Shown piece after piece: positions 27,771-35,201 of a stretch of 64,000 bases of DNA. The DNA is from Candidatus Omnitrophota bacterium (lineage in GTDB: Bacteria > Omnitrophota > Gorgyraeia > Tantalellales > Tantalellaceae). The position numbers were made by a program, and so were the translations under genes. Location: contig WJMG01000008.1 of NCBI GenBank assembly GCA_014728075.1, positions 15,229-79,228 of the forward strand. Direction: 5' to 3'. Each line of letters begins with the position of its first letter. Position 1 is the stretch's first letter. The notes beneath the pieces are model-generated. The model was given only the letters and a program-made list of their open reading frames with translations, ran no database searches and was not told the DNA's origin.

Positions 27771-28361
27771 AGAGATCCACTGGTCATAATAGTTTCGGCG
27801 CCGTCGGGAAGCGGTAAGACGACCATAGTCGACAGTATGCTCAAGAGCATGGACGGAATAGAGCAGACAGTTTCTTATACAACAAGGCTCCCGCGAAACG
27901 GAGAGAGGGACGGGCAGGATTATATATTCGTCAGTGAAGAGGATTTCCGGAAGAGAATAGAGGAAGGGGACTTTCTGGAATGGGAGGAGAATTTCGGGAA
28001 TCTGTACGGGACATCCGAAGAACAGGTCAGAAAAACACTTGCCCGGGGGGCCGACATAATTCTCAGTATCGATGTGAAAGGCGCTCGGAATGTGAAAAAC
28101 AGGTTTCCCGAGAGCATAAGTATATTTATAATGCCGCCTTCTGAGGAGGAGCTGGCCCGCAGGCTCAGGAACCGGAGAACGGACGACGACAGGCAGGTCG
28201 TTATACGCCTGAAGGAAGCCGCCAGGGAAATTAAAGCTTCCGAGGAATACGATTACCTGTTGATAAACGATGATCTGGAAAGGGCCGTGGACGAGCTTAA
28301 GGGAATAATAGAGCAGGAGCGCCTGCGGAAAATGGCGCACGCTAAAAACAAGGGGGAATAG
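27765..28361 (+). CDS. gmk: guanylate kinase
   Basis: P-loop SAPSGSGKTT, GMP-binding YTTR..R, 198 aa; GTG start. Confidence 0.9.
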   Translation: MKRDPLVIIVSAPSGSGKTTIVDSMLKSMDGIEQTVSYTTRLPRNGERDGQDYIFVSEEDFRKRIEEGDFLEWEENFGNLYGTSEEQVRKTLARGADIILSIDVKGARNVKNRFPESISIFIMPPSEEELARRLRNRRTDDDRQVVIRLKEAAREIKASEEYDYLLINDDLERAVDELKGIIEQERLRKMAHAKNKGE

Positions 28362-28555
28362 TGGAAGTGGAAAGAGAAGTGCTGCTTGAAAAAGTCGGAA
28401 GTATCTATAAGCTCTGCAACCTCGCAGCCATGAGGGCGATGGAGCTGAATAACGGAATGAAAAAACTGGTGGATGCCGATCCGAAGGAAAAGGTCACCAC
28501 CGTAGCTATCAGGGAGATCGCCGAGGATAAGGTCAAGATGCAGGCTAAGGCTTGA
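28361..28555 (+). CDS. rpoZ: DNA-directed RNA polymerase subunit omega
   Basis: 64 aa, conserved gmk-rpoZ order, sequence ...KLCNLAAMRAMELN... typical of omega; GTG start overlapping gmk stop. Confidence 0.75.
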   Translation: MEVEREVLLEKVGSIYKLCNLAAMRAMELNNGMKKLVDADPKEKVTTVAIREIAEDKVKMQAKA

Positions 28556-29106
28556 GTGACATGAAGAACATACTATTAGGAGTTACCGGAAGCATCGCGG
28601 CGTACAAAGCCTGCGAACTGGTTTCCATTTTCAGGAAAAAGGGGATGTCTGTAAGGTGCGCTCTCTCGGGTGACGCCGAAAAGTTCGTTACGGCGCTTAC
28701 CTTCGAGACCCTGACGGGCAAAAAAGCGGCTAAAGACCTTTTTGCCCTTCCGGATACAAGGTCTCCCGAGCATATTTCCCTTGCCGAGGAAGCCGATATC
28801 GTACTCATAGCCCCGGCTACGGCCGATATTATAGGTAAGATCGCCTCGGGCATATGTGACGATGTGCTGACCTGCGCAGTATGCGCTTCTTCCTCACCGG
28901 TCGTTATCGCGCCTGCCATGAACGATAATATGTACCGAAACCCCGTATTGGGTGACAAAATACAATACCTCAGGTCCAAAGGCTACCATTTCGTGGACCC
29001 GGTAGAGGGGAACCTTGCCTGCGGGCGTAAGGGCATCGGTCATCTGGCGCCTCTTGAGGAGATAGTTAAAAAGACCGAAGAGGTCCTTGCCGCCACCTGT
29101 TCGTGA
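28552..29106 (+). CDS. coaC: phosphopantothenoylcysteine decarboxylase (flavoprotein; CoaC half of Dfp)
   Basis: NILLGVTGSIAAYKA flavin-binding start, PAMN motif; ends with TGA 29104-29106. Confidence 0.85.
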   Translation: MSDMKNILLGVTGSIAAYKACELVSIFRKKGMSVRCALSGDAEKFVTALTFETLTGKKAAKDLFALPDTRSPEHISLAEEADIVLIAPATADIIGKIASGICDDVLTCAVCASSSPVVIAPAMNDNMYRNPVLGDKIQYLRSKGYHFVDPVEGNLACGRKGIGHLAPLEEIVKKTEEVLAATCS

Positions 29107-29122
29107 CAACCGTGTTCGAACC

Positions 29123-29776
29123 ATGCAGACAAAACCCTCCAAAATAGTCATAACCGCCGGGCCTACCAGGGAGCCGCTTGACCCCGTCAGGTATATTTCC
29201 AACTTTTCCACCGGCGCCATGGGTTACGCTCTCGCAGCGGAGGCCGAGGCGGAAGGCTTCGATGTATGCCTTATAACGGGTCCGGTAGCCCTTTCCGCGC
29301 CCCTGGGTGTCAGAAAGATCGATGTAACGACGGCCGAAGAGATGTTAAAGGCGGTTGAACAGGAGATCGAAGGAAGCTGCTGTGTTATAATGGCTGCCGC
29401 TGTTTGTGATTTCAGGCCGGTTAAAGCCTCCGTGCAAAAGATCAGGAAAACAGGCGGGCGGCTGCGGGTCGAACTGGAGGAAAATCCGGATATAATAGCT
29501 TCCATTGGGCGCCGGGAAGGCCTTTTAAAGATAGGCTTTGCGCTGGAAACGCGTAAAGCCGTCCGCAGCGCGCTGGAAAAGCTGCAAAGAAAACAACTCG
29601 ACCTGATAGTGGTCAATGAGATATCCGGGGCCAACGACCCTTTCGGGGAGGGAAAGAAGGACTTCCTGATAATGGGCTGTTCCGGCGAAAGGGATGAATA
29701 TAAAGCCTTAACTAAGCGGGAATTAGCGGCAGAGATAGTCCGGCGGGTCCGGAAGAAGAAAGGCGATGATGGATAA
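29123..29776 (+). CDS. coaB: phosphopantothenate--cysteine ligase (CoaB half of Dfp)
   Basis: ITAGPTREPLDPVRYISNFSTG signature; different frame from coaC (ORF open from TTG 29087); split or frameshifted coaBC. Confidence 0.8.
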   Translation: MQTKPSKIVITAGPTREPLDPVRYISNFSTGAMGYALAAEAEAEGFDVCLITGPVALSAPLGVRKIDVTTAEEMLKAVEQEIEGSCCVIMAAAVCDFRPVKASVQKIRKTGGRLRVELEENPDIIASIGRREGLLKIGFALETRKAVRSALEKLQRKQLDLIVVNEISGANDPFGEGKKDFLIMGCSGERDEYKALTKRELAAEIVRRVRKKKGDDG

Positions 29777-30203
29777 CAAAAGAGAACAAGGTGGTTTCAC
29801 CCTTGGAGAACTGATACTCGTGTTCGCTTTCGTCGGTTTGCTGGCAGCCGTGCTGTTCCCTTTTATAAGGCATACACTGGCAAAGACCGACAAAGTCCTG
29901 TGCGCTAATAACATCAGGGAGATAGGCAGGAGCCTGTATATTTACGCCAGGGAACACGAAGGCAATTTCCCCCCGACGCTGAATACTCTGTACGATGAGA
30001 AGTACCTTTCGGATGTTAAATTGCTGGATTGCCCTGCGAACAGGAACACAGGAGACCTTGAATATCCGGATTATATATACACGGGGGGGTTAAATGTCAA
30101 CGACGCGTCCCGAAAAGAGCTTCTTAAGGACAGGAAGAGGAACCATCCCGACAGGGGCAGGAACATCCTGTACCTTAACGGTGACATATACTGGAAACCA
30201 TAG
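29766..30203 (+). CDS. prepilin-type N-terminal cleavage/methylation domain protein (H-X9-DG-like pseudopilin)
   Basis: GFTLGELILVFAFVGLLAAVL class III signal/methylation motif; C-terminal NILYLNGDIYW resembles DUF1559/pseudopilin tail. Confidence 0.65.
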   Translation: MMDNKREQGGFTLGELILVFAFVGLLAAVLFPFIRHTLAKTDKVLCANNIREIGRSLYIYAREHEGNFPPTLNTLYDEKYLSDVKLLDCPANRNTGDLEYPDYIYTGGLNVNDASRKELLKDRKRNHPDRGRNILYLNGDIYWKP

Positions 30204-30273
30204 AGTTTAAAGCAGATAGAAGATTGACATTTTCCCCTGCTTATGTTAGTTTAGTCCTTCGTTCTTTCTTTGA

Positions 30274-30347
30274 GGCGCGATGGCCGAGTAGATAGGCAGC
30301 GGTCTGCAAAACCGCGTACACCGGTGCGAATCCGGTTCGCGCCTCCA
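30274..30347 (+). tRNA. tRNA-Cys (GCA)
   Basis: GGCGCGA-UG-...-GCGGU-CUGCAAA-ACCGC-GUAC-ACCGG-UGCGAAU-CCGGU-UCGCGCC-U-CCA; anticodon GCA, U73 discriminator and acceptor stem nearly identical to E. coli tRNA-Cys; CCA encoded. Confidence 0.85.
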
Positions 30348-30353
30348 CTTTAA

Positions 30354-30409
30354 GATCCGGGACTCCGGGCGTCCTTACAGGAATCGGCGGACCCCTTCGT
30401 CCCCTCCGG
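30354..30409 (+). repeat. 58-nt conserved element, copy 1 (tRNA-Cys 3' trailer)
   Basis: GATCCGGGACTCCGGGCGTCCTTACAGGAATCGGCGGACCCCTTCGTCCCCTCCGGG, identical at 30564-30620 and near-identical at 31902-31950. Confidence 0.85.
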
Positions 30410-30437
30410 GCTGCTGGGAAGCGCAGCCGGATCTTTT
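30404..30437 (+). terminator. Rho-independent terminator after tRNA-Cys
   Basis: GGCTGC-TGGGAAGC-GCAGCC hairpin followed by GGATCTTTTTG; paralogous hairpin with compensatory changes at 31731. Confidence 0.65.
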
Positions 30438-30620
30438 TGAGAAAAAACCAAAGGTTTTTTCTCAACATCTGCCTCCGGCAGACTGCTCTTTTTCCATCAT
30501 TTGTATCTTGTTAGTCTTGCTGAGGGAGAGAGCGGAAAGTTCTTTTAGTTGTATGTGTTAACGGATCCGGGACTCCGGGCGTCCTTACAGGAATCGGCGG
30601 ACCCCTTCGTCCCCTCCGGG
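30410..30620 (+). ncRNA. duplicated ~210-nt structured non-coding unit A (terminator hairpin, two further hairpins, conserved 3' block incl. 58-nt element)
   Basis: Collinear with 31728-31950; three stems differ between copies by compensatory substitutions (GAGAAAAAACC/GGTTTTTTCTC vs GAGGGAGAACC/GGTTCCCCCTC; CTGCC..GGCAG vs CCGC..GCGG); 3' ~90 nt >90% identical. Confidence 0.45.
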
Positions 30621-30948
30621 TGCATGGCGGAACCGGCAGACGCAAGGGGACCTTAATGAGAGGGTAAAAAATCCCGGAGCCTGTTGATAGAGTTCAAGAT
30701 GCCGGTTCCGCGTTTAAGCACGCGACCTATGGTATTTGGTGGGACTTATAACTTCCGACGGTAATCTCCGTAAAGATGGAAGGCACATAGAGATAACATC
30801 GAAAGAGCCCGGTTTTTAAGGGATGTTATAGAGCGCTATGGGTTTTAAAATACCATTGGGACGAAAAAGGGTGGTTCCGGAACGATTACCTGTAGGGTTC
30901 AGATATCAAATGTCGGTTTCTATGCTTTTCTGGGATCTATAGGCTTGA

Positions 30949-31044
30949 GTCCGAAAAAGTCTCTTTTTCTGGAGAAAGTTTCAGTTCCTGCCGAGTTTTT
31001 TGAGGATTTTCTCAGGGGGGATCATTGATGGTGACGGTCTGTAA
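30949..31044 (+). pseudogene. remnant of a LAGLIDADG-type homing endonuclease (N-terminal motif then stop)
   Basis: Frame reads VRKSLFFWRKFQFLPSFLRIFSGGIIDGDGL* - GGIIDGDG matches the LAGLIDADG helix motif; lies in a ~0.7 kb low-GC (~45%) region devoid of ORFs >60 aa; further short frames downstream (to ~31326) may be the rest of the decayed gene. Confidence 0.3.
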
Positions 31045-31359
31045 GAAGAAGGATCCATCCCGGTAACCGATGTGAGCAATGGTCGCTTAGAATATATTCC
31101 GCCTCTCAAAACTTTCTTAAATGGCTGTCGTCAGAAATAGAAAATATCATGCAGGCCATAGGAAAGATCCATTTGAATAGCGGGCAAAAATCTGTTAACC
31201 GTCTTTACGCGCTAAAGTTCGGAAAAATAGCGGCTAAAAGAATACTCAGAAAGTGTTATTTGCAAAACAGCTTTGCGTTGGAAAGAAAAGCTGTTATTGG
31301 CTGCTGAATGGTTTTCGTCTGATGTGAAATGGGAAAAGGCCTAAAACAGTAGATTTATT

Positions 31360-31443
31360 GCCGGGATGATGGAATTGGCAGACATGAGAGACTTAAAATC
31401 TCTTGCTCAAAAGAGCGTGCCGGTTCGAGTCCGGCTCCCGGCA
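31360..31443 (+). tRNA. tRNA-Leu (TAA)
   Basis: GCCGGGA acceptor, anticodon arm AGAGA-CUUAAAA-UCUCU (UAA), long variable arm, GUGCCGGUUCGAGUCCGGC T-arm nearly identical to E. coli leuZ; CCA not encoded. Confidence 0.9.
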
Positions 31444-31592
31444 CTTATTGAACGATGTTAAGCTTTTGTTGATAAAAGACTTCCGCGATCGCTGCTTCAC
31501 AAAGAAGATTCGACAGAATATATCAGATTGAGTAACACAATATATAGTTGATAAATAAACAGAAATTTGTAATAATATACAGCAAATTCGGT

Positions 31593-31669
31593 GGGCGGTT
31601 AGCTCAGCTGGTTAGAGCGCCACGTTGACATCGTGGAGGTCACAGGTTCGATTCCCGTATCGCCCACCA
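31593..31669 (+). tRNA. tRNA-Val (GAC)
   Basis: GGGCGGU-UA-GCUC-AGCUGGUUAGAGC-G-CCACG-UUGACAU-CGUGG-AGGUC-ACAGG-UUCGAUU-CCCGU-AUCGCCC-A-CCA; anticodon GAC; CCA encoded. Confidence 0.9.
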
Positions 31670-31727
31670 CTTGAAAAATTCGGTGCTTCGGACGGTCTTA
31701 CAAGAAATGGCGACCTCCTACGCACCT

Positions 31728-31950
31728 TTCAGGCTGTTGGGGAGCACAGCCGAATTTTTTTGAGGGAGAACCAAAGGTTCCCCCTCAATGTCCGCTAAAG
31801 CGGACTGCTCCCCCTCCTTTATTGTAAGAGTGGTAGTCTGGTTTCGCTCGAGTCTTGATACGGAAGAGAGCAGAAAGTTCTTTCAGTTGTATGTGTTAGC
31901 GGATCCGGGACTCCGGGCGTCCTTACAGGGGATCGGCGGACCCCTTCGTC
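31728..31950 (+). ncRNA. duplicated structured non-coding unit B (paralogue of 30410-30620) downstream of tRNA-Val / upstream of thrS
   Basis: Starts with terminator GGCTGT-TGGGGAGC-ACAGCC-GAATTTTTTT, then hairpins with covarying stems, then conserved block ...GTTCTTTCAGTTGTATGTGTTAGCGGATCCGGGACTCCGGGCGTCCTTACAGGGGATCGGCGGACCCCTTCGTC. Confidence 0.45.
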
Positions 31951-32239
31951 AGCGGATCAATTTTCAGTTTTTGAGCTCTATTGATCCCGAGGATAGATGT
32001 CGGAAGTTCAATAGAGAAGAACATCGGCTACTTATAAGTGGAACTTGGTATAATGGCACCAAGCCCGCCGGCCCTGGCAGCCGGGTAAAAAGCCGGTGTT
32101 AGCGTGGCGCCCTGACGGGCGGCACGGGCGTTCTCCGCGGGGAGGACGAACAGCGCAAGTCTGGTAAGGGCTTTGGTGAAGGCTTTGTCCGCGGTCACCT
32201 ATGCCCTTTTGTTGTTTATAAATAAAGCAGGGAATACTT

Positions 32240-34006
32240 ATGGCAAAGAAAAAAAACGAACGGCTTGAAAAGATACGCCACAGCGCCGCTCATGTTCTTG
32301 CCGACGCGGTTAAAAAACTTTATCCCGGAGTTAAGCTCGGTATAGGTCCGGCCATCGAGGACGGGTTCTACTATGATTTTGATTTTTCATCCTGCGGCGA
32401 AAAGAGTGAAGGACCGGGAAGTTTTCTCGTTCCCGAAGACCTTTCTCGAATAGAGAAGGAGATGCGGAAGATCGCCGGGGCGAAGGTCCCTTTTCAGAAG
32501 CGCGCCGTAACTAAAGAAGAGGCCGCGGAACTTCTTGAAAAAGAAGGAGAGACCTATAAGCTTGAACTTTTGGCGGACCTCGGGGACGGCGAGCGGGTCA
32601 CCATATACACGCACGGTGATTTTTTCGATCTCTGCAAGGGACCCCATGTCGAGAACACTTCGGAAATAGGGGCTTTCAAGCTTCTTTCTCTGGCGGGGGC
32701 GTACTGGAGGGGTGACGAGAAGAACCCTATGCTCCAGAGAGTGTACGGTACCGCTTTCGAGAAAGAACAAGAGCTCGAGGAACATCTTAGGCTGATCGAG
32801 GAAGCCAGAAAAAGGGATCACCGCAGGCTCGGTAAGGAGCTTGAGCTTTTCAGTTTTCACGAAGAGATGGGGGCCGGGCTGGTCCTTTACCATCCCAAGG
32901 GCGCGCTTTTAAGGCAGCTCGTTGTGGACTACATAACGGCCAGGCATCTTGAGAAAGGATATCAGCTCATTTCCAGTCCGCATATACTGAAAAGCGATAT
33001 ATGGCAGACCTCCGGGCATTACGGCTTCTATAAGGAGAACATGTATTTTTTCGATAGTGAAGGCCAGGAATACGCCGTCAAGCCGATGAACTGCCCCGGA
33101 CACATACTCGTCTATTCCTCAAGGGTCAGGAGCTACCGGGAGCTGCCTTTGCGTCTTTTCGAGCTGGGAACGGTTTATCGCCACGAAAAATCCGGTGTTC
33201 TCCACGGTCTTCTTCGGGTAAGAGGGTTCACTCAGGACGATGCCCATCTTTTCTGCAGGAACGATCAGGTCGAAAGCGAGATAGAGAAGGTAATAGATTT
33301 CGTGGACGAGACGCTCAAAGATTTCGGGTTCACGGATATAGAGGTCGAACTCAGCACCCGTCCGGAGAAGTTCATAGGAGAGGAGAAGGACTGGGAAAAA
33401 GCGACATCGGCGCTTGAGAATACTCTAAGGAACAAGGGCATAGATTATGAGGTGAACGAGGGGGACGGCGCTTTCTACGGTCCGAAAATAGACATAAAGC
33501 TTAAAGACGCGCTCGGAAGATCGTGGCAGTGCGCGACGGTACAGTGCGATTTTTCGCTTCCCGAAAGGTTCGACCTGAAATACATCGATAGCGACGGGGA
33601 GGAAAAAAGGCCGATAATGCTGCACCGTGTGGTCCTGGGGAGCCTGGAGAGGTTCATAGGGGCCCTGATCGAGCATTACGGAGGGGATTTTCCGCTGTGG
33701 CTCGCTCCGGTTCAGGTCATGATGGTGCCCATAACGCAGGACCAGGTGGAATATGCCGAAGAAGCGGCTTCGCGGCTCAGGGCCGCCGGTCTTCGTGTGG
33801 AGGTCGACCCGAGGGACGAGAAAATGCAGAAAAAGATAAGGGATGCCGAAGTCACCAAGATACCTTATATGGCGGTTCTCGGCAAGAGGGAAGCGGCTGA
33901 CGGCACTTTATCGCTCAGGAGCCGGAAAGACGGCAATATCGGGGTGATGAAAACCTCAGAGATGATAGATAAGTTGACGGAAGAAGTGAAAAAAAAGGGG
34001 AGATAG
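32240..34006 (+). CDS. thrS: threonyl-tRNA synthetase (lacks N-terminal TGS domain)
   Basis: HSAAH editing-domain motif near N-terminus, class II aaRS motifs, anticodon-binding C-domain; 588 aa. Confidence 0.95.
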   Translation: MAKKKNERLEKIRHSAAHVLADAVKKLYPGVKLGIGPAIEDGFYYDFDFSSCGEKSEGPGSFLVPEDLSRIEKEMRKIAGAKVPFQKRAVTKEEAAELLEKEGETYKLELLADLGDGERVTIYTHGDFFDLCKGPHVENTSEIGAFKLLSLAGAYWRGDEKNPMLQRVYGTAFEKEQELEEHLRLIEEARKRDHRRLGKELELFSFHEEMGAGLVLYHPKGALLRQLVVDYITARHLEKGYQLISSPHILKSDIWQTSGHYGFYKENMYFFDSEGQEYAVKPMNCPGHILVYSSRVRSYRELPLRLFELGTVYRHEKSGVLHGLLRVRGFTQDDAHLFCRNDQVESEIEKVIDFVDETLKDFGFTDIEVELSTRPEKFIGEEKDWEKATSALENTLRNKGIDYEVNEGDGAFYGPKIDIKLKDALGRSWQCATVQCDFSLPERFDLKYIDSDGEEKRPIMLHRVVLGSLERFIGALIEHYGGDFPLWLAPVQVMMVPITQDQVEYAEEAASRLRAAGLRVEVDPRDEKMQKKIRDAEVTKIPYMAVLGKREAADGTLSLRSRKDGNIGVMKTSEMIDKLTEEVKKKGR

Positions 34007-34028
34007 TCCCCAAACGAGGAGGAAGGCC

Positions 34029-34580
34029 ATTTCTAGAAGATATTCGTATAACCGAGGAAGCGGAAGGAAAAAGGATTTTACCAGGGTCAATGAGCGCATA
34101 AGATGTCTCAAAGTGCGCCTGGTGGATGAAGAAGGCAACCAGCTCGGAGTGACCGAGACGAACAAGGCGGTGGAAATGGCCAGGGACAGGGGGTGCGACC
34201 TGGTAGAGGTATCGCCGAATTCAGATCCTCCCGTATGCCGGATCATGGACTACAGCAAGTACAAGTACGAGCAGGAAAAGAAAAAGAAGCTTGCCAAGAA
34301 AAAACAGCATGTCACCCACATGAAGGAAGTCCGGTTCAAGCCGCGTATAGAGGAACACGATTACCAGGTAAAGGTCAAACATATCAAGGAATTCCTGGAA
34401 AAAAAAGATAAAGTACGCGTTCTTTTAAGGTTCAGGGGCAGGGAGAATGTGCATAAGGAATACGGGCTGGACCTTCTTAACAGGATAGCCAACGATGTAT
34501 CCGCCCTGGGAGAGATGGAGGACCGTCCCAAGATGATGGGACGAACGGCAACGATGACGCTTACCCCTAAGAGTTCGTAG
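34029..34580 (+). CDS. infC: translation initiation factor IF-3, AUU start codon
   Basis: Conserved N-terminal ...RVNERIRCLKVRLVDEEGNQLG lies upstream of the first ATG/GTG; in-frame ATT at 34029 preceded by GAGGAGGAAGG SD; no in-frame stop between; classic autoregulatory AUU start of infC. Confidence 0.8.
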   Translation: MSRRYSYNRGSGRKKDFTRVNERIRCLKVRLVDEEGNQLGVTETNKAVEMARDRGCDLVEVSPNSDPPVCRIMDYSKYKYEQEKKKKLAKKKQHVTHMKEVRFKPRIEEHDYQVKVKHIKEFLEKKDKVRVLLRFRGRENVHKEYGLDLLNRIANDVSALGEMEDRPKMMGRTATMTLTPKSS

Positions 34581-34605
34581 GGGAAGATAAAAAAGGAGAA
34601 AAGAA

Positions 34606-34803
34606 ATGCCGAAACTTAAGACGAGAAAGGGCCTGGCAAAAAGGGTCAAGGTCACTAAAAACGGTAAAATAAAAAGACATAAAGAGGGCGCGAGGCATAT
34701 ACTTACCAAGAAATCGCGTAAGCGCAAGCGCAGCCTAAGGAAACCCACTACGGTGGACAAGACCGTCGAGAAGAACATGAAGGAGCTGCTCCCCTACAGC
34801 TGA
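34606..34803 (+). CDS. rpmI: 50S ribosomal protein L35
   Basis: [24 protein letters not shown] signature; infC-rpmI-rplT order. Confidence 0.95.
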   Translation: MPKLKTRKGLAKRVKVTKNGKIKRHKEGARHILTKKSRKRKRSLRKPTTVDKTVEKNMKELLPYS

Positions 34804-34843
34804 GGGGCGGGTCCGTTCAAGAAACAGTTAAGGAGAAGCAAAA

Positions 34844-35191
34844 ATGGCAAGAGTAAAACACGCGGCAAGTTCGCTTAAAAGAAAGAAAAAGGTCCTCAAG
34901 TCCGTAAAGGGCCAGAGAGGGTCGAGATCAAAACTGCTCAGGACGGCTAAGGAATCGGCCAGAAAGAGCCTTGTGACGAACTATTACGACAGGAAAAAGA
35001 AAAAGAGCGATTTCCGTTCGCTCTGGATAACCAGGATAAACGCCGCCTGCAGACAGGAAGGAGTTTCCTACAGCAAGTTCATCGCCGGGCTGAAGTCGGC
35101 CGGAATAGTGCTGGACAGGAAAATGCTGGCTTTCATAGCGGAGAACGACAGCCGCGGGTTCAAGAACCTGGTGAAAAAAGTAGCCAAGTAA
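34844..35191 (+). CDS. rplT: 50S ribosomal protein L20
   Basis: MARVKHAASSLKRKKKVLK..., 115 aa. Confidence 0.95.
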   Translation: MARVKHAASSLKRKKKVLKSVKGQRGSRSKLLRTAKESARKSLVTNYYDRKKKKSDFRSLWITRINAACRQEGVSYSKFIAGLKSAGIVLDRKMLAFIAENDSRGFKNLVKKVAK

Positions 35192-35201
35192 AATATATCT
35201 C

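Noticed and set aside
30274-30347. Possible tRNA-Sec or allo-tRNA with 8-bp acceptor stem and GCA anticodon (Sec/Cys recoding)
   Set aside because: Re-folding gives a canonical 7/5 cloverleaf with U73 and encoded CCA that matches E. coli tRNA-Cys closely. The apparent 8th base pair comes from misplacing the CCA.
30350-31960. CRISPR array
   Set aside because: The repeats are 58 nt and ~210 nt units with unequal, non-unique 'spacers', and only three copies. There are no cas genes in the window.
31788-32102. 104-aa ORF spanning repeat unit B and the thrS leader
   Set aside because: It reads through a terminator hairpin and a conserved non-coding repeat. It has no RBS and an odd composition. 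The region is better explained as structured RNA.
32100-32240. T-box riboswitch upstream of thrS
   Set aside because: The nearest match to the T-box core (AGCGTGGCGCCCTG versus AGGGTGGNACCGCG) is too weak, and no specifier-loop arrangement is evident.
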